From positions 124,868,001-124,932,000 of the forward strand of contig NC_043001.1 of NCBI RefSeq assembly GCF_006345805.1: a DNA stretch of 64,000 nt. The letters run 5' to 3'. The DNA comes from Octopus sinensis (lineage: Eukaryota). A program made the position numbers and the translations under genes. Of this stretch, positions 53,892 through 64,000 are shown piece by piece. Position 1 is the first letter of the stretch. Each line of letters opens with the position of its first letter. The notes below the pieces were generated by a model that worked only from the letters and a program-made list of their open reading frames with translations, made no database searches and had not been told where the DNA came from.

Positions 53892-54332
53892 ACAAGGAAT
53901 TTATATCAACATCAAGATTCACAAAAACTTTTAGATGACTGTGTGTGTATATATATATATAATATATATATATATAGTAGCAATAATAATGAAGGGTAAA
54001 ATTAATTAATTGATTAATTAATTAATAATTAATAATTTTACCAAGTAGTTCAGTATGTTAAAAGAACCATTATCAGTAAACTTGTATAAAAATTCTATAA
54101 TTATGTGTTTAATTATAATTAGGGTTCAGCAAAATTTGCTTCACCACATACCGAAATTTAAAAATAGCAGTTTAACTACTATTTTACTACCATAAGATAT
54201 CTCCCAGACAACAATACTCAACAACTCACGCAAAATAGTTGTAATTTATAAAAAAAAGCAAAAAAAAACGGAGACAGGTGTATGAACAACAAGCAAGTGA
54301 ATTGATTTGACGCTCGGGAAAAATGAAAAATT

Positions 54333-54368
54333 CTTTTACGTTTCGAGCCTACGCTCTTCAACAGAAAG
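54333..54368 (-). ncRNA. Minimal hammerhead motif, CUGUUGA variant
   Basis: CUUU-CUGUUGA-A-GAGC(GUAG)GCUC-GAAA-CG-UA-AAAG. Confidence 0.55.
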
Positions 54369-54492
54369 GAATAAGAGAAAATAGACTTCAGCGGTCCAGT
54401 ATATGGTGAATGTATGTGTTCTTATGTGTGTGTGTGTGAGTTTGTGTGTGTGCATGTGTGTGTGTGTGTGTGTATGTGTGTGTGTGTGCGTG

Positions 54493-54527
<35 letters not shown>

Positions 54528-54935
54528 GTGTTTGTATGTGTGTGTGAGTGTGTGTGTGTGTGTGTGTGTACACCAAGGGTTTCCACGCCGTTTCCGTCTA
54601 CCAAATTCTCTGATAAGGGTTAATTGGTCCGGGGCTACTATAAAAGACATTTGCGCAAGGTAGTACGCAGTAGGACTGAAACCCGAAACCACGTAGTTTA
54701 ACCAGACGAGAAACGAAATAGAGCGAAAGAGAGCAGAAAAGAGAAAAAGAGAAACATACAGGCCGATAAATAAATATACTTTAACATACATTACTTCACT
54801 TGTAATACGGAACAAAGAGCTCGAGTAATGTTTTTGTGGTATAAAATTCTCTATTTTGTATATTTATGTATACACACACACACACAAATGGATATATGTA
54901 GGCATGTATGTATGTATGTATGTGGATGCATGTAT

Positions 54936-54973
<38 letters not shown>

Positions 54974-55143
54974 GTGTGCATATATACATACATATATATA
55001 TATAACATATATATTTTAATTATATATATATATATATATCCATACATACAATCCTATATATTTATACATAAACATATATATATACATATATATATACAAT
55101 ATATATATATTATATATATATATATTATATATATATACAATAA

Positions 55144-55217
<74 letters not shown>

Positions 55218-55270
55218 ATACATACATACATATTATATTATATATATATATTATATATATAATATAAATA

Positions 55271-55317
<47 letters not shown>

Positions 55318-56280
55318 ATGCACGCGCGCACACATACGTGAATGCATATACAATACATATATGTATATATGTTTACGTAAGGTAGGTACATAGGTAGGGA
55401 GGCAGGTGTGTCTGCTTTCTATTTTGCTTATCTCCTTTACCCCCTTTTTCAACAACGGTGTGGTCGACCAATGAGAAAAGCTAATACATGACATTTCCAC
55501 CTTCATTTGCCATGTTTACCTATTTAGACATTATGTCATTAATCTTCAAAGACTCCTTAGTAACAGACTTACTTACTTACTTCCCAACCTTACTGAAGCG
55601 ATTTTCAACTCTTTCCTACCCTTTTTCTTTTTCCTTTTATATCTAACATTGTTTGTTTTGTTTTTTTTTCTTTATTCATTAAAACTTACTGAACGAGATT
55701 GCAAGGAGCAAACAGAGTAACAGCCTCGCTACAAACACACACACACACCGTAGAAGAAACAATAGCCAGGTCATGATTATTTGATAACACGAGTAGGATT
55801 TTCTTTCTTAAGTCAAGAAATAAGTATTCTCATGTCAGAAGTGATAAGTCTAGAGAAAATGACCCTTGAATACCCCCAACCCTGCACCGTCAAACCTCCT
55901 AAATGGACTCGCTTATTTATTTAAACTTTACTGATTTGTTACCTACGTACAAATCTTTGAATGTTACCAACGTACAAATCTGTGACGTCCGTGTTACTGT
56001 TGTATATGTTCTTGTTTAATTCTGGGTTAAACTCTGATCGAGAAAAAACAAGCTCTGATCAAAAGTGTTTAAGTTGTGATCATCCCAATATCTTAAAAAT
56101 CAAGTACAACGTTGGTCGACCAAACCATCGTTAAAAGTGAAGGGGAGGAGTAAAGGAAATAAAAAATAGCAAACACGTATGCCTACCTATGTATTTTATG
56201 TATGTGTATAAATGTATGCATGCACATTTGTACGTATGTATGTATAACGTATAACATTGAACAATGTCTTTTATTTAAAG

Positions 56281-56436
56281 TTACTGCTTCTAGAAGATCG
56301 AACCAACCGTCTCGTAGAGGCTCACTCCTTTGGTATTTACTTCTGTACCATTACCAACACGACAGAAATAACAATGGTGCCAACGCATATTTCAAAATCT
56401 CCCAAAAGAAAAGAATCAAATCTGAAAGGAAATTAA
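56281..56436 (+). CDS. Candidate coding exon LLLLEDRTNRLVEAHSFGIYFCTITN...KGN*
   Basis: Acceptor-like TTTTATTTAAAG (alternative CTTCTAG at 56293); 51 open codons in non-repetitive DNA; GxYxC resembles an Ig F strand. Unverified. Confidence 0.25.
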   Translation, partial: LLLLEDRTNRLVEAHSFGIYFCTITNTTEITMVPTHISKSPKRKESNLKGN

Positions 56437-56611
56437 TGATATCGTTATGTTCCTAATGGGTGAAGGCATACACTTCCAAATCACGCGGTACTGAATTCGA
56501 TCCTACAGTCCGATTCATAGGATCGGATCGTCCAATACCTTGTGAGTGGAATTTGGCAGACGGAAACTGGTTCGAAGCCCGTCATTGAGACAGACAGACA
56601 GACAGACAGAC

Positions 56612-56801
<190 letters not shown>

Positions 56802-57052
56802 GGCCGGTCTGTGGGCTTACTCTGGGTTTCGCGTTCATAAAGCACTAGCTTTACAGTGTTTCTTCAGACCCTAAAACCCGTTGGCCTATGGCCTCTCTAG
56901 CAGAGGGAATCTGAAGAAACCCTGTTAAACTAGCACTTTAAGGATGTGAAATCCAAGGTAACGCCATAGACCGGCCATAACTATCTTTATCTATATACTC
57001 TACTGGTCTAACTTACAGTGTGCTTCTCTTTCGGATTTTACTGGATATATAT

Positions 57053-57352
57053 ATGGCCCAGTGGTTAGGGCAGCGGACTCGCGGTCGTAGGATCGCGGTT
57101 TCGATTCCTAGACCGGGCGTTGTGAGTGTTTATTGAGCGAAAACACCTAAAGCTCCACAAGGCTCCGGCAGGGGATGGTGGCGATCCCTGCTGTACTCTT
57201 TCGCTACAACTTTCTCTCACTCTTTCTTCTACTGGCCTGCTCGCTTAGCCAGCGGGGTGGCGTCATTTGAAGGCTAAAACAATGCGAAATGCATTGTGAC
57301 CAGCGATGTGTAGCAACATCATCTGATAGCCCGGTCGGTCACGGTGATCACG

Positions 57353-57357
<5 letters not shown>
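57053..57357 (+). mobile_element. SINE family B head and body with a third tail type
   Basis: Matches family B to ~57224, then GGCCTGCTCGCTTAGCCAGCGGGG...CACGGTGATCACGGTGAT. Confidence 0.75.
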
Positions 57358-57402
<45 letters not shown>

Positions 57403-58680
57403 CAAAGCATCAAAAAGATTGGTGTTGGTCTGCATCAGTAAGACTTGTATTATTTAGCAAAATCGTTGAAAAGAATATAATGAACTTAACCCCTTACCCA
57501 ACAATTATTTTGAAAATAAATGTATTTTTTCAGACATATTTTTTGATTGTTTTATTTTTTAATTGTCGATTTTGGCGAGTCTATCTTTTGACGAGTTAAC
57601 TCGCCAGAGATAGAAAAAAACGATTTAGGTCAAAACGCATATATTCGTTTCTGCCGGGTAAGGGGGTAATGTAGTGAGTGGAAAATCCAACGTTTTGGAC
57701 AGTCCTTTTTAAAGGAAAAACTGAGAGAAGAAAAATCAAAGAGCGACAGCAGGATTCCACATCCTTAGAGAATGTATAACTCTAGTGTCTCCCTTCAATT
57801 TCTTTCCTGTCGACTTTCCCATGATGAAATAAGCTGTCCAAAATATATATGGATAATTGGAAGAATGTTTGTGTTTACAAAAGAAAAGCACAGGATGCAA
57901 AGGAATCTGCATATTTTACATTTTTAGAAGTTGATGCTTCTTGAATCGTTATTCTAAGTTTCACATTACTAATTATTTAAACGAAGAAAGAAAATTATTT
58001 ATAAATCTTTTCTATTTGTAAATCTTTGTCAATGGATTTGTCACCAGAGGGTTTTTAGTGTTTCGCTATATGGCTTGTGTCGCTGGTTGCGTGAAAATGA
58101 TAGACAACATCTCGTGACCAATTAATAGACGTTTTATTTTTTGCACATATTATTTCTACGTTGTCTTGAATGATGAATACAAACATTTATTTATATACAC
58201 ATGAGGAGAGACAACTCGATAGTTTATGACGAAAATAACTCATCCGAATGACTCTGTGGCTACTCTTGCACAAGTGGAGAAATATCATGTTAAATTCAAG
58301 ACAACAAATCTGTATCTGCCAACTACTCGGTTGAATAACTAGTCGTTCAAACAACTGCTGACATTCTGTATTTGTTCCTGCTAGTGAGTGGGTCGGTCGG
58401 TATCAACGTTTTGCGCAAATATGCCTGACATGAGTGGAGACGTATTTTACTCAGTAACCCTCGACACTCTGTAAAGAGGTGGCGCTAAAAGTGGCTTTAT
58501 ATTGAATTCAAAGAGAAAGTACTGGAAGGTTCTAGAAAGTTGCATCACGTGATAGATGGTGATCGGTCAGTTAATCGGCCGATCACGTGAAATGGTTTTG
58601 GCTAATCCGTGAATTTTACTTGACATTTTGGCGATTCCATTTCAAATTTGCTACAGATCAAACTGGCTTAACTAGTCAAT

Positions 58681-58722
58681 ACTGTACTGAGGAGGCCTAA
58701 TAGACTGAAACATGTCTATAGT
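58681..58722 (+). ncRNA. Minimal type I hammerhead motif, intact core
   Basis: ACUGUA-CUGAGGA-GGCCU(AAU)AGACU-GAAA-CAUG-UC-UAUAGU. Confidence 0.75.
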
Positions 58723-59825
58723 TGTCTCTCCCACCACAAATTAACAACTAAGATCAGATTTTCTTCTAATCGTGTTTATTAACTTTGGAAAGATAAGTTT
58801 TAATTTCTTGAAGTTATCGCCCCTTTTATCTGAGAGGTTTGGTGAGTTTTATTTATCTTTTTTTTTCTTTCATTTTTTTTTTCTCCAATAGGCTAGGAAT
58901 TTCAATTAAGAAATTTTGAGTACAATATTGAGAATTTCACCACTTAACATATTTACACACACTATGATTTGTTAGAAAAAGAAACCATAGAAAAAATTCT
59001 TTCGCCATTTCACCTCCATGCTAATCGGTACAGACATTTTAATAATCAAAACAACAGACATTCTTAAAATCCAAATTATTTTCCCTTTTTTCCCGTTTTT
59101 TCTTTCTTACTTTTCTTATAGTGTCAGTATGACGTAGGTTAATAAAGTCAACACTATCAATCTTTCCAGTTGCACATTTTTTTCCTTTCCTATTGTACTG
59201 AAAACTACGTGAATTACAATACCAACAAGAAAAGGCATACCTTAAATATATGTACCTTACACGATCAAGTAGACATATTAAGACATGAATAATTTATAAC
59301 ATGTATGCACACGCTCACATACACACACACACACACACATACTCATATATATATATATATATATATATGTGCGTGTGGTGTGTGTGTGTGTGTGTATAAG
59401 AATACAGTGTACATTCAAACACAAAAGAGATACCCAAAGAATAGGATATCTGACTCACTAGAAAGAGCAGTTAAACTCCAAGCCACCAATTGTTGTAATT
59501 CTGAAAGTGATTGAAAAATAAAAACTTTTACCTTAATCCTAGACCCTACAAGGTTTCTGCAGACTTAAATACAGACTTAAATAAAATGATTTCAGCCTAT
59601 ATCTGGCGCTGCTTCTTCAGTAGGTTGCCAGGACTGAACACATAGGCACGGAGCAATAAATAACCCGCCACGTGTCTATAGGTTCTAATTTTTCGAATCT
59701 ACCGCGTAGAAGCGGAACTCAACCAGCACTAAATAATTAAATTGCCAATTTATCGGCAATTTATATATATTTGTATATTTATATATATTTATATATTTAT
59801 ATATAAAAAATCGGCAATTTATATA

Positions 59826-60212
59826 TACTCTTTACTCTTTTACTTGTTTCAGTCATTTGACTGCGGCCATGCTGGAGCACCGCCTTTAGTCGAGCAAATC
59901 GACCCCAGGATTTATTTTTTGTAAGCCCAGTACTTATTCTGTCGGTCTCTTTTGCCGAACCGCTAAGTGACGGCGACGTAAACACACCAGCATCGTTTGT
60001 CAAGCAATGCTAGGGGGACAAACACAGACACACAAACATACACACACATATGTATATAAACATATATACGACGGGCTTCTTTCAGTTTCCGTCTACCAAA
60101 TCCACTCATTGGTCGGCCTGAGGCTATAGTAAAAGACACTTGCCCAAGATGCCACGCAGTAGGACTGAACCCGGAGCCATGTGGTTGGTAAGCAAGCTAC
60201 TTACCACACAGC
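59826..60212 (-). mobile_element. SINE family C
   Basis: Matches 12739-13160. Confidence 0.9.
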
Positions 60213-60237
60213 CACACACACACACACACACCACACA

Positions 60238-60463
60238 CAGTAATCCCTCGACTATCGCGGGTGTTACGTTCTAAAACCTTCCAGAGAAATAAGTTAAATC
60301 TAAAAGAATATAAATACCCATCAGCCGTGATATCCTGAGGAGTCCGCGATATAAATTTACATATATTAGTCAGAAAAATCCGCGTTGTACTGAGTGCTCG
60401 ATAGGTGAACCACGATATACTGAGTGCGCAATAGGTGAACCGTGATATAGCGAGGGATTACTG
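60238..60463. mobile_element. Tigger-type MITE
   Basis: TIRs CAGTAATCCCTCG at both ends, TA after the right end, no coding capacity. Confidence 0.85.
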
Positions 60464-60470
60464 TATATAC

Positions 60471-60564
<94 letters not shown>

Positions 60565-61117
60565 CGCAGCCGTGGCTATGTTGTACCATATGGTTCCGGG
60601 TTCAGTCCCACTGCATGGTACCTGGAACAAGTGTCTGCTACTATAGCCTCGGGTCGACCAAAGCCTTATGAGTGGATTTTGGTAGACGGTAACTGAAAGA
60701 GGTAGGCAAGGCAGGCGGTGCCTACCTTGAATAAAATAGATCGATAGCAACATTTTCCTTTTATGGCAAAATATGCACCTGATTCAATAAAATTATGAAG
60801 GTTAGTCTGATTACTATGCATAAGATATAATTTTTTTTTTTTTTTGTAGATTAGGTAGGCATAATTCGTCCCTACTTTTCAATTTCCGTTTTTAAGCGAC
60901 GCATAATACTGCTGTATTACACGTGCTGCGTACATTTCTACAACATCGATTTCTTTACGTGCTATAAAGGCAGAAATAGATCTGCCTTCAACTCATTCGC
61001 GCGTCTGTTTCGGTTAATTTTTATGTCTTTTACTACATAAAGGCCGCCAATTGCCTACCCTGTGTAATTAATTACTGGCGGCACGTGCCTGATATGTATA
61101 TATATATATAATAAAAT

Positions 61118-61442
61118 ATTAGGGAATAAATCCAAACTTACAGGGAAAAATCAGATTTAGGATTGAATCCAATTTTATAGTAAAATATTATATTATATTT
61201 AATTAAAGATAAAACCACTATTAGGCAAATCAAACAATGAAAAACTTAAGCCAATACATAAAATTAATTAATTGATATTATTTTAAATATATATCAAAAT
61301 TATTAAAAGTTTAATAAAAGATAACTTTTAATAATTTTGATATATATTTAAAATAATATAAATTAATTAATTTTATGTATTGGCTTAAGTTTTTCATTGT
61401 TTGATTTGCCTAATAGTGGTTTTATCTCTAATTAAATATAAT
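61118..61442. mobile_element. AT-rich fold-back element, second copy
   Basis: Same leader and ~105-bp inverted arms as 49350-49690. Confidence 0.85.
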
Positions 61443-61765
61443 ATATATATATATATATGTGTGTGTGTTGTGTGTGTGTGTGTGTGTGTGTGTGTATGGA
61501 TGGATGGATGGATGTACGTACGTACATATGTATGTATGTATGTTTATGTGTGTATGTCTTCGTGTCTGTGTTTGTCTCCCCACCATCGCTTGACAGACAT
61601 CCTTCTAGGTCGTGTTGATAAAATGAATTTAAGCTACCAGTCCAAGCTTTAACATGTAGTTGACCGTCCTAAAACAAGTGAAAGTAGATTACTCAAAACA
61701 AAAATGTAAATCGCAATAGAAGCTGAAGTGACGATAGTGACATACCAAAATTCCATAAAACACGT

Positions 61766-61969
61766 TTGATATCTGATGGATGGACTTCTTATGTGGAACT
61801 CGGCAAATTCTATATTCAGGAAGTTGTGAACCATTCACTTCATTTTGCTGATCCAAACAATGACAGCATTAATACAAAGACTATAGAAGCGCGATGTATA
61901 CTTAGGCGGCAACGTCGGACTAGTGATGACTTATTTATATATCTTCATGATGTGGCGAAACAAATTTAG
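61766..61969 (+). pseudogene. Merlin/ISXO2-like transposase fragment
   Basis: ISDGWTSY..VVNHSLHFADP..INTKTIE matches the SDxWxxY / VNHS..F / TxxIE pattern of IS1595/ISXO2-family transposases. Confidence 0.7.
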
Positions 61970-62335
61970 AGATTGTCAAAAATTATTCATGGATCCCATT
62001 TCATGCATCAGTGACTGTTACGTTTTCATCTCATATAAAATATATGTACAGCTTTCATGTTATATTAAATATATGTATGTTCTATACATTGGTTGTGTCA
62101 CATACATTGTTTGCATGAAATTATATGATATCACTATCGTCAACTCTGATTTCTATCGCAATTTGCTTTCAATTTTTAGGACAATTTACTCCCACTTTTT
62201 TTACGATGGCAAACTGCATGTTAATCCCTGTCAAGTACTAGCATCGATTCTACTGTTTCTCTCTTTCTTGTTCCCTTTCTCATTCAGGATTGGTTACTCT
62301 GCGAGAAGAATGTGGAGCACCATTCACAATACAGT

Positions 62336-62722
62336 GGATGGAAGCACTCCGTCGGTTACGACGATGAGAGATCGGTTGATCCAATAAACGGAACAGCCTG
62401 CTCGTGAAATTAACGTGTAAGTGGCTGAGCACTCCACAGACACGTGTACCCTTAACGTAGTTCTCGGGGATATTCATCGTGACACAGAGAGTGACAAGGC
62501 CGGCCCTCTGAAATACAGGTACAACAGAAACTGGAAGTAAGGGTGGGAGAAAGTTGTGGTGAAAGAGTACAGCTGGGATCACCACCATCCCCTGCCGGAG
62601 CCTCGTGGAGCTTTAGGTGTTTTCGCTCAATAAACACTCACAACGCCCGGTCTGGGAATCGAAACCGCGATCCTACGACCGCGAGTCCGCTGCCCTAACC
62701 ACTGGGCCAAAGCGCCTCCACA
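62336..62722 (-). mobile_element. SINE family B, full length, 11-bp TSD
   Basis: TSD CACAATACAGT at 62325-62335 and 62723-62733. Confidence 0.95.
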
Positions 62723-63338
62723 CACAATACAGTATCACTTCCATCGAAGATAAACGCACTCATTCTATAGTAAAGAAAGAATCTAATTACTTAGGTTCTG
62801 CCGGGGCATGACACAATGATGACGATGATACAAACACACACATATATACTTAGATGCATAGTTATTAGTTTTAAAACAGTTGATCTATTACACTGTGTAA
62901 CAACTTTTATTCTTTGATCAGTAAGTGTTATTTCCTATTTGCTTCGAACTAAAAATCAAAGAAAATTGCTATTCCCTTCAAACTTTGCTTTTGTGACCTG
63001 GATATCAATACTTTGAAATTTTGAAACTGATCTATTTTCCATTACATTTCAAACAGATTCAGTACTGAGTTGCTGAAGCAGAAATATCGTTATAGTAAAT
63101 ATTCTGCTCAATACCACAAATTTGCTTGTCAGTTATTTGATGTTAACAGCTTGAACATGCCGCTTAGTGGCCGACAATATGTGCAGCTCTGATCATGACC
63201 AGGAGTAATAGGAAAGCATCATAACCTTGTATTAAGAGGGATTCTTTGGAGCTTGAATAAATGTAACAAAAGCAAAGTTTGAAGAAAATATTAGCCATTT
63301 TTCATACCGTCTGGGGGTGATCAAACAGGAAATAACAG

Positions 63339-63681
63339 TTGAATCAACGGAACAGCCTGCTCGTGAAATTAATGTGTAAGTGGCTGAGCACTCCACAGAC
63401 ACGTGTACCCTTAACGTAGTTCTCGGGGATATTCAGCGTGACACAGAGAGTGACAAGGCCGGCCCCTTAAAATACAGGTACAACAGAAACAGGAAGTAAG
63501 AGTGAGAGAAAGTTGTGGTGAAAGAGTACAGCAGGGATCACCACCATCCCCTGCCGGAGCCTCGTGGAGCTTTTAGGTGTTTTCGCTCAATAAACACTCA
63601 CAACGCCCGGTCTGGGAATCGAAACCGCGATCCTATGACTGCGAGTCCGCTGCCCTAACCACTGGGCCATTGCGCCTCCAC
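63339..63681 (-). mobile_element. SINE family B, 3'-shortened
   Basis: Matches 6407-6786. Confidence 0.92.
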
Positions 63682-64000
63682 ACAGTGTAATTGTACTGAG
63701 GTAGGATAAAGAAAAATTGTTTTGTTTTTTCTTTCTCTTTGTAATAAGCTATAAATAGCAATTGCAATTAAAAGGTAAGGTTGAGTGGTGGGGAATTTAC
63801 CAGGAATATGGTACACAGGCAAAAGCATTGTTTCTTACCTTTTATCTTTTTATCTTTTATTTGTTTCAGTCATTGGAGTAAGGTCATGCTGGAGCATCGC
63901 TTTGAAGGGTTTGGGCCAACAAATCGCCCCCAGGGCTTTTTCGATTTTTTTTCTGACTGGTGCTTATTACTTTTAGCCGAACTGCAAAGTTATGGAGACG

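Overview
Repeat-saturated, AT-rich eukaryotic DNA, almost certainly non-coding or intronic animal sequence. The SINE families and extreme microsatellite load suggest an octopod cephalopod (inference from recalled repeat families, no database search). Nearly all listed ORFs are microsatellite read-throughs. Real coding signal comes from decayed transposons: mariner, maT/DD37D-like, Tigger/pogo, Merlin/ISXO2-like, Tx1/L1, RTE, R4/Dong, and at least four Penelope-like elements (PLEs). Other repeats include three tRNA-derived SINE families, MITEs and a tandem non-autonomous Helitron. The stand-out features are: (1) a ~5.15 kb near-perfect palindrome (37052-42203) made of two tail-out copies of the same 5'-truncated Neptune-type PLE, joined through a 27-nt GTATAC-rich spacer, with non-mirrored outer flanks; (2) at least 13 hand-foldable minimal type I hammerhead ribozyme motifs, several with an intact core, carried by PLE ends and by short non-coding elements that sit in microsatellites or between inverted repeats; (3) many smaller fold-back elements. 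Together these suggest a PLE-driven ecosystem of ribozyme-bearing, fold-back-forming, microsatellite-associated mini-retroelements. No host gene can be called; a few low-confidence plus-strand exon candidates are noted.
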